Shown piece by piece: positions 34,651 to 44,530 of a stretch of 44,530 nucleotides of DNA (position 1 is the first letter of the stretch; each line of letters starts with the position of its first letter). Source of the DNA: a virus (Duplodnaviria > Caudoviricetes). The stretch lies in the IMG/VR virus record IMGVR_UViG_3300005805_008859, positions 1 through 44,530 of that record, one strand, 5' to 3'. The translations under genes and the position numbers were made by a program. The notes below the pieces were generated by a model. It saw only the letters and a program-made list of their open reading frames with translations, had not been told where the DNA came from and made no database searches.

Positions 34651-37600
34651 ATGCTATTCGACAATATTATCCTATTAAATGGCTCAAAGATAGAAAATGT
34701 GGTCGTGGACAGCGGCGCCTCTTTTCCAACTTCTCCTGATGCCGGCGAGCTCTTCTTCAAGACGTCTGACAGCAAACTATATGTTTATGACGGAACAGCT
34801 TGGAATGAAGTAGGTAGTGGATCGGGCGGCGGGTCATTCACTGTAACAGGTGATGCCACCGGAACTCTTGAAAATGGATCAGGAGCGCTAACTCTAGCGA
34901 CCGTTAATACTAATGTTGGAAACTATGGATCTGCTAGTTCCGTTCCTACCTTTAGCGTCAATACCAAAGGTTTAATTACTGCAGCGGCTCAGACATCAAT
35001 TTCTATCACGCCGAGCCAGATTTCATCAACTGTTCCTGTATCTAAAGGTGGAACAGGACAGACGACTGCATCTGCAGCAATCAATGCACTCGTGCCAAGC
35101 CAGGCAGCAAGCCCTGGCCGATTCCTAATGACGGATGGCTCATCAGTTAGCTGGCAAGTACCAGCTGGTGGTACAGTATCAAGTGTTGATATAAGTGGCG
35201 GCAGCACTGGACTCACAGTAGCAGGTGGACCAATAACTACTAGTGGAACACTCACCTTGGGTGGTGTACTGGGTGTGGCAGCAGGTGGCACAGGACAGTC
35301 TACAGCAGCTGGTGCCATCGCAGCACTGTTGCCTAATCAAACTGTTCACGGTGGCAAATTTTTACAAACCAATGGAACAGTTACATCTTGGGCAACAATC
35401 TCTTCCTCAAATGTAACCTCAGCGCTAGGCTATACTCCAGTCAGTAAAGCTGGGGATACCATGACAGGCCCACTGGTTCTCTCAGATAACCCAACTCTTG
35501 ACATGCACGCTGCTACCAAGCAGTATGTAGACAATGTTGCGGCGGGGATCAATGTTCTAGGAGCCTGTAGAACAGCAACCACTGCTGAATTATCAGCAAC
35601 ATACAGTAATGGATCATCAGGAGTTGGCGCAACTCTAACTGGCACCGCTGCTCTACCATCCATAGGCAGCATCACGCTATCTACCTCACAACGTGTGTTG
35701 GTAAAGAATCAAACTGATCAGAAGCAAAATGGCATCTATGTTGTCACATCTGCATCAAACCCATGGGTTCTTACCCGCGCCACAGATTATGATGGGCGCT
35801 TCCCCGGAACCATTGATGCTGGCGATACAGTGTTCGTACAAGAGGGTGATCTAGCTGGGACTCTTTGGGTTCAGAACACCACTGGACAGCTAACAGTTGG
35901 CACAAGTAATCTATCCTGGACTCAATTCAGTGGGCCTGGCTCATACAGTGCCGGCACAGGTATAGGTCTATCAAACAATGTAATCTCAAATGCAGGCGTG
36001 CTCAGCGTAACAGCTGGTGCAAATACCTCTGTCTCTGCTGCTACAGGAGCAATAACCGTCGGATTCAGTGGAACTCTACCAGTTGCCAGTGGTGGTACTG
36101 GACAGACAACGCTTCAAGATGCGCTAAATTCACTAGCCGGCGGCGTTACAGCAAACCGTGTATTAAGAGGTGACGGCACGAATGTTGCACTTGGTACACT
36201 TGATCTTTCTACAGATGGTTTTACCGGAACTCTACCAGTTGCCCGAGGTGGTACTGGAGTAACCTCAACTACGGCCATCGCCACGGCCATACTACCTAGT
36301 CAGACAGATAATTCAGGAAAGTTCTTGATGACTACTGGTGCTGGGCTGCAATGGGTAGGAATCTCAGTTGAGGGCAGTGGTGGAGCCCTACAATTCAATA
36401 ATAATGGTCAATTTGATGGTACCTCACAGATTTCATATAATGCAACTGATACGCTCACTGTTGGGGCTGCAGCCGGTACTTTCAATATAATTGGTGCCAC
36501 AGAGTCTAGTGGATTAACTATATTGGGTGGAGTGACCGAGGGTGGCATGACAGCAGACCCTGTAGTCCCCAGATCATCTACTCTGACGCTTCAAGGTGGT
36601 AGGGCTAACGATAAAATGGTTAATGGAACAGCACAACCATCAAAAGCTGGCGGTGACGTTGTTATTGCTGGCGGTATAAGTGCAAGTTCTTTCGGAGGAT
36701 CAGTTATTATAAAAACTGCAGCTTCCAACTCTCTCACTGAGAGATTAAAAATAGACAGCACTGGGACTTGGTATGTATCAGGAACTGCTGGAACCGCAGG
36801 ATATGTACTTACATCTGGTGGGCCTGGAGTTGCACCAAGTTGGACCATTCCACCTGCAGTTACGTCAATTAATATAAGTGGTGGAACAACTGGTTTGACT
36901 GCCACTGGTGGCCCAATAACCACCAGTGGCACGCTAACTCTTGGTGGAACGCTAGCAATATCAGCTGGTGGAACTGGACAAACAACCGCCGCAGCAGCTA
37001 TCAATGCTCTACTTCCAACTCAAACCGGAAATACTGGAAGATTCTTAACAACAGATGGAACAAATGCAAGCTGGGTTGCAGCTCAGGGTACTGGCAGCGT
37101 TACATCGGTTAATGCAAGTGGCGGCACGACCGGCTTGACATTCTCTGGTGGACCAATAGATGCCGCTGGCACGCTAACGCTAGGTGGTACGCTGAGCATC
37201 GCAAGTGGTGGTACAGGTCAGACCACAGCTCAGGGTGCGCTGAATGCACTTGCCGGTGGAGTTACTGCAAATCGTGTGCTTGTAGGTAATGGTACAAACG
37301 TTGCGCTTGGTACTCTCAGTCTGTCAAGTGACACTTTTACTGGAACGTTACCAGTTGCCCGAGGTGGTACAGGTCAAACCACTGCTTCCGGCGCAATTAA
37401 TGCCATGGTCCCAAGTCAATCTGGGAAGATCGGACAATATCTAACTACAAATGGAACTGAAGTTAGCTGGGCAACAATTTCTAGTGTAGCTGCAGCTGGT
37501 GAACAAGGTGACATTCAGTTTAACGATTCGGGCGTCACTGCTGCAAACTCCGCGCTGAAATTGATTGGCGATAATTTGACTGCTACCAAGGATATGTCTG

Positions 37601-39756
37601 TTAATGGTATGACAGTGGGCGCCGGTTCAGGTACTGGGACTATCAATAAGAACACCGCATTGGGCTATGGTGTTCTAGGAGGAAGTTCTCAAGCTGTTAG
37701 AAATGCTGGTGTAGGATATTCTGCTCTTGCTGGCATAGTACATGGTTCTGATAATGTTGCAGTTGGATATTCTGCAGCCTCATCTATTGAGACAGTTTCC
37801 GGTAACGTTGCCATTGGGTCTGAGGCACTTTCATTAAATCGCTTAGGTAGCAACAACGTTGCTGTTGGTTACAGAGCAATCAAAGGAACGCAACCGGTAT
37901 CTGGCGCCGTATCTGGTAGCAACAACGTAGCTGTTGGGTCTGAAGCATTCTCATCAAACATATCAGGGTCAACTAATGTTGCAATAGGTAGTTCAGCGCT
38001 CAACAAAACAACGACTGGTGATGGGAACGTAGCTGTTGGTAGCTCGGCTCTCATTAATAATACCACTGCCAGTAATAGCACCGGTATAGGTAAAAATTCT
38101 CTATATTCTTCTTATGGAGCCGGTAATACTGCAGTTGGTTATGAATCCCTGTACGGAAATACCGCTGGTGCCAACAATGTTGCCATAGGTGCTGGTGCTG
38201 GTGGCGATCTAACAACTGGAGATGATAATACTATTATAGGATGTCATCGTGGTGAAGTCAGTTTGGCTAGAACTGTAATCATCTCCGCTGGAACACTACA
38301 GAGGTTAAGGTTTAATTCTGATGGTGCTCTAGAATTAACAGAAGATTCTGGTTATGGTTCTAGTGGTCAAGTGCTGACATCCAATGGAAGTGCTGCCGCT
38401 CCATCGTGGTCAACTCCTACCACCGGTACAGTTACATCTGTTAGTGGAAGTGGTGGGTCAACAGGGCTTACTCTCAGTGGCGGCCCAATTACTTCAAGTG
38501 GTACTCTGACGCTGGGTGGCACACTAGGTATAGCTAATGGTGGTACAGGCCAGACCACAGCTAGTGGGGCAATTAATGCACTTGTCCCAAGTCAAACTGG
38601 CAACGGTGGCAAATATTTGACGACAGACGGCTCAGCAGTAAGTTGGGCAGCAGTACCATCAGCTGGTACGTTAGAAAACAGCACCACTCTCGGTACCTCT
38701 TCTGCCGCAGTCTCTATAACTGGCTTCACCAGCACAAGCAGTGGTGGTGCCCCAATGACCATCTCTGCTGGTACTACTAGCGCTGGAAATGGAAACAGTC
38801 TGACCTTATCTGGCGGTGCTGCAGCTTCAGCTAACACCGGCGGTGCAGTTGTTATTAGATCGGGTGATAGTGGCGCCAGCGGTGGGGCTGCTGGTTCATT
38901 AACCGTGCACGCAGATAGCTCATATGGTGGTGGTAGTGTTACAGTACGAGGTGGAGACAGTGCTGGTAATGGTACTGTTGGAGCTAGTGCAAATGGTGGT
39001 TCACTAACACTTCGCGGTGGTGACTCAACTAATGGCTCTGCTGGATCTACGCCTGGAAACGTAGATATTCGTGGTGGCAATGCGGCAGCAACAACCAGTG
39101 GTGGCTCAGTAACCATCAGTGGTGGCACTGGACCAGCAGGTGGTGGAACTGTTATCTTCCAAACTGCTGAAACCTCTTCACTCACAGAGCGCTTGCGTAT
39201 AGCAAATAATGGTGCATGGGGTCTGGCTGGAGCTAATTATGGCACAAGTGGTCAGGTACTAACGAGCAATGGATCTGGCTCTGCTCCCACATGGCAAAGT
39301 ACTGCATCAGCTGCTCTACCCAGCCAGACAGGTAACAGTGGAAAATATCTCACTACAGATGGCACAACAGCAAGTTGGGCAACAGTAAGTGCTTCATTAA
39401 GTGGTGTATCAGCTTTCGGTGCATCATACAATGAAGTAGATTCTACAATCACGGCCAGCTCAACCACGAGCATTGACTGCTCACTGTCTAACAACTTCAG
39501 CATCTCTATGGCTGCGTCTATATCTACCCTATCATTTACCAATGTTCCAGCAAGCGGGCGACTCTACTGTGCTACTCTGTTCCTAGTTCAGGATTCTGCT
39601 GGATCAAAAACAGTAAATTGGCCAGCGTCATTCAGGTGGTCTGGTGGCAGTGCACCAACCTTAACCACAACCGGCAGCAAGACAGATATTATCACTATAG
39701 TCACACGAGATGGTGGTACGACATGGTTTGCCATGACTGCGGGACAGAACTTCTGA
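34651..39756 (+). CDS. Long tail-fibre-like virion protein (1701 aa)
   Basis: Repeated GGTGQTTA / PSQTGNSGKYLTTDG / GGPITTSGTLTLGG modules, HAATKQYVD, RVLVKNQT..NGIY, YadA-like NVAVG repeats. Confidence 0.8.
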   Translation: MLFDNIILLNGSKIENVVVDSGASFPTSPDAGELFFKTSDSKLYVYDGTAWNEVGSGSGGGSFTVTGDATGTLENGSGALTLATVNTNVGNYGSASSVPTFSVNTKGLITAAAQTSISITPSQISSTVPVSKGGTGQTTASAAINALVPSQAASPGRFLMTDGSSVSWQVPAGGTVSSVDISGGSTGLTVAGGPITTSGTLTLGGVLGVAAGGTGQSTAAGAIAALLPNQTVHGGKFLQTNGTVTSWATISSSNVTSALGYTPVSKAGDTMTGPLVLSDNPTLDMHAATKQYVDNVAAGINVLGACRTATTAELSATYSNGSSGVGATLTGTAALPSIGSITLSTSQRVLVKNQTDQKQNGIYVVTSASNPWVLTRATDYDGRFPGTIDAGDTVFVQEGDLAGTLWVQNTTGQLTVGTSNLSWTQFSGPGSYSAGTGIGLSNNVISNAGVLSVTAGANTSVSAATGAITVGFSGTLPVASGGTGQTTLQDALNSLAGGVTANRVLRGDGTNVALGTLDLSTDGFTGTLPVARGGTGVTSTTAIATAILPSQTDNSGKFLMTTGAGLQWVGISVEGSGGALQFNNNGQFDGTSQISYNATDTLTVGAAAGTFNIIGATESSGLTILGGVTEGGMTADPVVPRSSTLTLQGGRANDKMVNGTAQPSKAGGDVVIAGGISASSFGGSVIIKTAASNSLTERLKIDSTGTWYVSGTAGTAGYVLTSGGPGVAPSWTIPPAVTSINISGGTTGLTATGGPITTSGTLTLGGTLAISAGGTGQTTAAAAINALLPTQTGNTGRFLTTDGTNASWVAAQGTGSVTSVNASGGTTGLTFSGGPIDAAGTLTLGGTLSIASGGTGQTTAQGALNALAGGVTANRVLVGNGTNVALGTLSLSSDTFTGTLPVARGGTGQTTASGAINAMVPSQSGKIGQYLTTNGTEVSWATISSVAAAGEQGDIQFNDSGVTAANSALKLIGDNLTATKDMSVNGMTVGAGSGTGTINKNTALGYGVLGGSSQAVRNAGVGYSALAGIVHGSDNVAVGYSAASSIETVSGNVAIGSEALSLNRLGSNNVAVGYRAIKGTQPVSGAVSGSNNVAVGSEAFSSNISGSTNVAIGSSALNKTTTGDGNVAVGSSALINNTTASNSTGIGKNSLYSSYGAGNTAVGYESLYGNTAGANNVAIGAGAGGDLTTGDDNTIIGCHRGEVSLARTVIISAGTLQRLRFNSDGALELTEDSGYGSSGQVLTSNGSAAAPSWSTPTTGTVTSVSGSGGSTGLTLSGGPITSSGTLTLGGTLGIANGGTGQTTASGAINALVPSQTGNGGKYLTTDGSAVSWAAVPSAGTLENSTTLGTSSAAVSITGFTSTSSGGAPMTISAGTTSAGNGNSLTLSGGAAASANTGGAVVIRSGDSGASGGAAGSLTVHADSSYGGGSVTVRGGDSAGNGTVGASANGGSLTLRGGDSTNGSAGSTPGNVDIRGGNAAATTSGGSVTISGGTGPAGGGTVIFQTAETSSLTERLRIANNGAWGLAGANYGTSGQVLTSNGSGSAPTWQSTASAALPSQTGNSGKYLTTDGTTASWATVSASLSGVSAFGASYNEVDSTITASSTTSIDCSLSNNFSISMAASISTLSFTNVPASGRLYCATLFLVQDSAGSKTVNWPASFRWSGGSAPTLTTTGSKTDIITIVTRDGGTTWFAMTAGQNF
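38718..39297 (+). repeat. 580-bp module shared with 41513-42092
   Basis: Same length, near-identical protein, long identical DNA stretches. Confidence 0.85.
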
Positions 39757-39810
39757 TGTTTATAGAATGATGCATAAGGTAGCGTACTTGCGCATATTTT
39801 TATAGCTACT

Positions 39811-39908
39811 GACTCAGTCAACCTTACAGTAGTGTTGACTGAGTCTTCATCTAATAGGCATTTAGAAAGAAATAGCGCACTATCATGTGAAGAGCGCGTG
39901 CGCTCTTC
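39811..39908. repeat. Two inverted repeats in the intergenic region
   Basis: GACTCAGTCAAC-N11-GTTGACTGAGTC; GAAGAGCGC-gt-GCGCTCTTC. Confidence 0.75.
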
Positions 39909-40055
39909 TACAAAATAATCCATGATATTCTTAATAAGAATAAATAATGCTGTGACACCTGGATTATTAAACACAAAAATCTAAAATATGATAGAGCCGT
40001 TCATAAATATGAAATAGAAATTACGCGTGGCCACCAATTTCTGGAGATTCTAAAC

Positions 40056-40904
40056 ATGAAATTTGATTCAATACAACTGCTAGAGGGATCAAAAATCACG
40101 AATGTCGTGATAGATTCGGGTACTAGCTTTCCATCTAACCCTGATGAAGGGGAAATTTTCTTTAAAACTACAGATGATCTACTGTATGTCTATAATGGCA
40201 CTGCATGGGTAACAACTACCGGCTCCGGGTCTGTAACATCAATTGATATAAGTGGTGGAAGTACTGGACTAACTGCCTCCGGTGGTCCAATTACCACAAG
40301 TGGAACACTAACTCTAGGTGGTACGCTAGCAATTGCCTCTGGTGGTACCGGTCAAACGACTGCATCAGCTGCTATCAATGCCCTAGTGCCCAGCCAAACG
40401 GGCAACAGTGGTAAAGTTCTTTCTTCAGATGGTTCAGCTGTTAGCTGGGCTACATCTGTTTCAAGTCTAACTGGAACAGCTGATCAGATTTCTGCATCTG
40501 CTTCCTCTGGTAGCGTTACTCTCAGCCTACCTAGTTCAGTCACGATTAGTGGTACACTATCGGGTGCAGCAGTATCAGTTGCAAGCATTGGAGAATTTGC
40601 TGGAGCATCTCTAGTTACAAGTGCAACCACAGCAAATCAAGTCGTAGATACGGCTGCCATAGCTACTTACAGAGCACTCAAGTACAATGTAACAGTGACA
40701 TCTGGTTCTTCTTATCAGTCTACTGAAATCTACTTGTTGCATGATGGTACGACAGCTTATATTAACCAAGTTGCTACTATGAGATCAGGCGTAAATTTAG
40801 CGACTTTCGATGCAGACATAACTGGTGGTAACTTACGACTGCTTGTTACACCTGTGAATGCAGTTACAACAATCAAAGCTCTGCGCACTGCAGTCAAAAT
40901 TTAA
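40056..40904 (+). CDS. Short tail-fibre-like virion protein
   Basis: N-terminal about 55 aa paralogous to ORF 34651; one fibre repeat; distinct C-terminal beta domain. Confidence 0.75.
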   Translation: MKFDSIQLLEGSKITNVVIDSGTSFPSNPDEGEIFFKTTDDLLYVYNGTAWVTTTGSGSVTSIDISGGSTGLTASGGPITTSGTLTLGGTLAIASGGTGQTTASAAINALVPSQTGNSGKVLSSDGSAVSWATSVSSLTGTADQISASASSGSVTLSLPSSVTISGTLSGAAVSVASIGEFAGASLVTSATTANQVVDTAAIATYRALKYNVTVTSGSSYQSTEIYLLHDGTTAYINQVATMRSGVNLATFDADITGGNLRLLVTPVNAVTTIKALRTAVKI

Positions 40905-40928
40905 TTGAACAGCTTGTAAGGAAAAACC

Positions 40929-43427
40929 ATGGCACAAACTATTAAATTTATCACAGAATACGGTATCGAAACAGTAGGTCTGATATCTATTAGTTCTGGC
41001 ACCGCCACTGAACCAGGACTCTACTTTGTTGGTGATGACAATACTGGATTCTTCTCTCCAGCAGCTAATACCATAGCTCTCTCAACTGACGGCACCGAGC
41101 GGCTGAGAATTTCTTCAGCCGGAGCCATTGGCTTAGCTGGAGCAAACTATGGTACGAGCGGTCAAGTTCTAACGAGCGGTGGTTCAGGTGCTGCTGCATC
41201 CTGGACAACTCCTACCATGGGTACTGTTACCAGTGTAAACGTAAGTGGTGGAAGTACTGGACTGACAACTAGTGGCGGCGCAATCACCTCCTCAGGCACC
41301 ATCACCCTAGGTGGTACTCTAGCAGTTGCCTCAGGTGGTACTGGTCAAACAACAGCAAATGCCGCACTTAATGCGTTACTACCAAACCAAACCAATAACA
41401 GTGGTAAGTATCTAACCTCTGATGGAACAAATACAAGTTGGTCTGCTATAACATCCGTAAGCAATTTAGCAGATTCGACAACACTAGGCATCTCAAATGC
41501 TGCGGTTTCACTAACTGGCTTCACCAGCACAAGCAGCGGCGGCGCTCCAATGACAGTAGCAGCTGGTTCAACCAGTGCTGGAAATGGAAACAGTCTCACC
41601 TTAGTTGGTGGTGCTGCAGCTTCAATTAATACTGGCGGTGCTGTTGTTATTAGATCAGGTGACACTGGTGGTGGTGGCGGTGCGGCTGGTTCAGTAACAG
41701 TGCACGCTGACAGCTCATATGGTGGTGGAGCAGTAACTGTACGAGGTGGTGACAGCGGTGGTAATGGTTCAATTGGTCCAGTTGCCGGAGGTGGCACTCT
41801 GACATTACGGGGTGGTGATTCAACCAATGGCTCCACTGGTTCTAATCCTGGTAACGTGGTCATTCGTGCAGGCAATGCGGCAGCAACAGCTAGCGGTGGC
41901 TCAGTAACCATCAGTGGTGGCACTGGACCAGCAGGTGGTGGAGCTCTCATATTCCAAACTGCAGCAACATCTTCACTCACAGAGCGCTTGCGCATCTCCA
42001 AAGATGGTGCCTGGGGTCTGGCTGGAGCTAATTATGGCACAAGCGGTCAGGTACTAACTAGCAATGGATCCGGCTCTGCACCTACGTGGCAAGATGCTGG
42101 GACAGCGAGTTCAGCCAGCACACTAAGTTCTTCAAGAAACTTCAGCATCTCTGGAGATGGCTCAGCACCTGCTGTCAGTTTCAACGGTTCAGCAGATGTA
42201 GGGCTCAGCCTCACACTGGCTAATACAGCAGTGACAGCCGGCAGCTATGGTTCAGCTACTGAAGCTCCTACTTTTACGGTAGACAGCAAAGGTCGTCTCA
42301 CTGCAGCTGGTAGTGTAACAGTTACCCCCAGCTTCTCATCTATTACTTCAAAGCCAACCTCACTGACCGGTTATGGAATCACAGATGCCTATACCAAGAC
42401 CGAAGTTGATAGTCTAGTAACAGGATTGGATTTCAAGCAATCAGTTAGAGTGGCTACCACAGCAAACATCACTCTCAGTGGCACTCAAACAATAGATGGA
42501 GTCGCAGTTGTTGCTGGTGATCGTGTTCTAGTTAAGAACCAGACTACAGCAAGCGAGAACGGCATCTATGTGGTTGCTTCAGGAAGCTGGTCTAGATCAG
42601 ACGATGCTGACAATACTCCCGGCAGTGAAGTAACATCTGGTATGTTCACTTTTGCTGACAGTGGCACCGTTAATGCTAATTCAGGATGGGTTCTAGCGAC
42701 AACAGGAATCATCACACTTGGCACTACCTCACTCTCATTCACACAATTTAATGGTTTAGCACAAATTACTCCTGGTGCAGGTCTAACAAAAACTGGCAAT
42801 CAGATTGATGTAGGCGGAACAGCTGACAGGATAACAGTTGGTGCAGACAGCATTGATATTGCTAGCACTTATGTAGGTCAGAGCTCAATCACAACGGTGG
42901 GCACCATCTCATCAGGCACCTGGGCTGGTAGCGCAGTTGGTGTGGCATATGGTGGTACAGGTGCAACCACGGCCTCTGCTGCATTTAATGCACTGGCTCC
43001 TAGCCAAACTGGTAACAGTGGTAGATACCTAACATCAGATGGAACCAATACCAGCTGGGCTAATCCATTCGGCTCAACTGTTTCATTCGGTGCTCGCTAT
43101 GATGAACTCAGTACCTCTGTAACAGCTGGCGCCAGTACTACAATTGACTGCTCTCTAGGAAATAACTTTGTGCTTAGCATGGCAGCTTCTATAACCACAC
43201 TCACCTTATCTAATGTACCAGCATCAGGAAGAGTGTTTGGTTTGACGCTCTATGTGACTCAGGATGCAACTGGTAGCAGAACAATCACATGGCCAGCAGC
43301 AGTCAAGTGGCCCAGTGGAACTGCCCCAACTCTTACTACCACAGCTAACAAGATAGATGTTCTATCACTTATCACCTATGATGGTGGTACGAGCTGGTTA
43401 GGATTTGTTGCCGGTCAGAACTTCTAA
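40929..43427 (+). CDS. Tail-fibre-like virion protein (832 aa)
   Basis: Same modules as ORF 34651; paralogous C-terminal domain ending GQNF. Confidence 0.8.
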   Translation: MAQTIKFITEYGIETVGLISISSGTATEPGLYFVGDDNTGFFSPAANTIALSTDGTERLRISSAGAIGLAGANYGTSGQVLTSGGSGAAASWTTPTMGTVTSVNVSGGSTGLTTSGGAITSSGTITLGGTLAVASGGTGQTTANAALNALLPNQTNNSGKYLTSDGTNTSWSAITSVSNLADSTTLGISNAAVSLTGFTSTSSGGAPMTVAAGSTSAGNGNSLTLVGGAAASINTGGAVVIRSGDTGGGGGAAGSVTVHADSSYGGGAVTVRGGDSGGNGSIGPVAGGGTLTLRGGDSTNGSTGSNPGNVVIRAGNAAATASGGSVTISGGTGPAGGGALIFQTAATSSLTERLRISKDGAWGLAGANYGTSGQVLTSNGSGSAPTWQDAGTASSASTLSSSRNFSISGDGSAPAVSFNGSADVGLSLTLANTAVTAGSYGSATEAPTFTVDSKGRLTAAGSVTVTPSFSSITSKPTSLTGYGITDAYTKTEVDSLVTGLDFKQSVRVATTANITLSGTQTIDGVAVVAGDRVLVKNQTTASENGIYVVASGSWSRSDDADNTPGSEVTSGMFTFADSGTVNANSGWVLATTGIITLGTTSLSFTQFNGLAQITPGAGLTKTGNQIDVGGTADRITVGADSIDIASTYVGQSSITTVGTISSGTWAGSAVGVAYGGTGATTASAAFNALAPSQTGNSGRYLTSDGTNTSWANPFGSTVSFGARYDELSTSVTAGASTTIDCSLGNNFVLSMAASITTLTLSNVPASGRVFGLTLYVTQDATGSRTITWPAAVKWPSGTAPTLTTTANKIDVLSLITYDGGTSWLGFVAGQNF
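41513..42092 (+). repeat. 580-bp module shared with 38718-39297
   Basis: Second copy of the module. Confidence 0.85.
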
Positions 43428-43432
43428 AGCTA

Positions 43433-43460
43433 AATGAGGGGGTATCGATACCCCCTCATT
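43433..43460. terminator. Perfect 28-bp palindrome after the fibre gene (terminator-like)
   Basis: AATGAGGGGGTATC|GATACCCCCTCATT. Confidence 0.6.
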
Positions 43461-43992
43461 CTCATTGCGAGATAGTTTAGTATAGCCCACGCGTGTATAT
43501 ACTACTAGTGACACCTCCTTTACCTCTGTGCAATTTTTATCTCTTTACTGCTCTGGCCACATTTTGCCAGCAGAACAATTTTCCCCACCACCTAAAATAG
43601 GATAACACGAGTACTACACTTGTGATATTCCACTAGTGCTTTTGATGCCATGGTGTTGTGCATCAGTACGGCACTCATGTCCCCGGAATAAATAGATCAA
43701 TGATGATCTCGCTAGAGTGAGGCGCTCTTCAAACGACTTAAGAGGTAAATACGGGGGTCTGTTGAGTAAGCTGTATGGTGCATCTAGCACTTGGTTAGAT
43801 GGTGCAAGTGGTTCTCCATATTATGATCCCGCCCTTGTTACGTCTAGAGTGTATTTGATGAATGTGCTGGCTAACTCTGAGGAGTTTTAACGGTGGCCAC
43901 GTGTACCTAATAGGACTCATTAAATTCAATTAGTAGAGATCAAAGAATAAATAGTAGCAGTAAATAATTCACGCTTGAAAAAGAGGCCTCAC

Positions 43993-44530
43993 ATGATTAT
44001 ATTCAAAGCCATATCTGTCCATAAGATTGCTGCTGCTTTAGCAGCAGGAGCAGCAGCAAAAACCGGTAATCTTGTACTTAGTCTAACTGGTGATGTTTCT
44101 TTCAATGGAGAAAACAATTCCACTATATTAGATCGGTCAATTAATGCGCTAGTTACCACAGCGGGCAGTGCCGGTGCGCCAACAACTGTATCCTATTCAC
44201 CATTCTCCAGTGGCGCGTCATACTTCTTTGATGGAGCCGGTGATTACCTGACAGCACCATCCTCTGCCACATTTGCTTTTGGTACAGGTGACTTTACCGT
44301 TGAATTCTGGCTCAATCTCAATAGTACTGCAGCCCCGCAGACAGTGTACAGCCACCTTGACGGTACAGCTACCCTAAATCCCCACATATGGTGCGACACT
44401 GGTGGTACTATTTACTACTATACTAATGCTAACAGAATAACTGGTGCGGCACTTGCAACTGACCGGTGGTATCACATTGCTTTGTGCAGATCTAGTGGTA
44501 GCACCCGACTTTTTATTGACGGGGTGCAGT
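43993..44530 (+). CDS. LamG / concanavalin A-like lectin domain virion protein (3' truncated by the window)
   Basis: GAGG RBS; AATAAATA at 43946; SYFFDGAGDYL, FGTGDFTVEFW, WYHIALCRSSGSTRLFIDG. Confidence 0.85.
   Translation, partial: MIIFKAISVHKIAAALAAGAAAKTGNLVLSLTGDVSFNGENNSTILDRSINALVTTAGSAGAPTTVSYSPFSSGASYFFDGAGDYLTAPSSATFAFGTGDFTVEFWLNLNSTAAPQTVYSHLDGTATLNPHIWCDTGGTIYYYTNANRITGAALATDRWYHIALCRSSGSTRLFIDGVQ

Noticed and set aside
34989-42799. Minus-strand Pro/Val-rich ORFs in the fibre genes (also 6124-6510 and 19835-20194)
   Set aside because: Antisense shadows of low-complexity coding sequence
34651-43427. DGR or invertase-based fibre switching
   Set aside because: No reverse transcriptase or recombinase; repeats are direct and differences are not adenine-specific
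1-44530. Alternative genetic code
   Set aside because: Recognisable genes are full length under code 11 and end in all three stop codons

Overview
A 44.5-kb segment of a large lytic tailed phage (T4-like/jumbo-myovirus gene content; host probably a proteobacterium, by inference). Almost everything is on the + strand. (1) 1-11.4 kb is a metabolism/replication block: saccharopine-dehydrogenase-family enzyme, glutaredoxin, S11 D,D-peptidase, dCMP deaminase, GroES, clamp-loader subunits, DNA ligase, and two small separated fragments of a DnaE (Pol III alpha) polymerase. (2) 11.4-34.5 kb is an accessory region of many short ORFs behind repeated sigma70-type promoters, with an amidinotransferase, RNA ligase, DUF932 protein, UvsE, a metallophosphoesterase, a PAAR protein, a cupin and two tRNAs (Gly-GCC, Arg-TCT). 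(3) 34.6 kb to the end holds modular Gly/Ser/Thr-rich tail-fibre-like genes behind T4-late-like promoters. The strongest leads are a minimal two-gene C-family polymerase split just before its catalytic DxD motif, and a family of promoter cassettes carrying a CRP/FNR-like TGTGA-N6-TCACA palindrome at a fixed distance from the -10 box. All calls come from motif recognition by eye; no searches were run.
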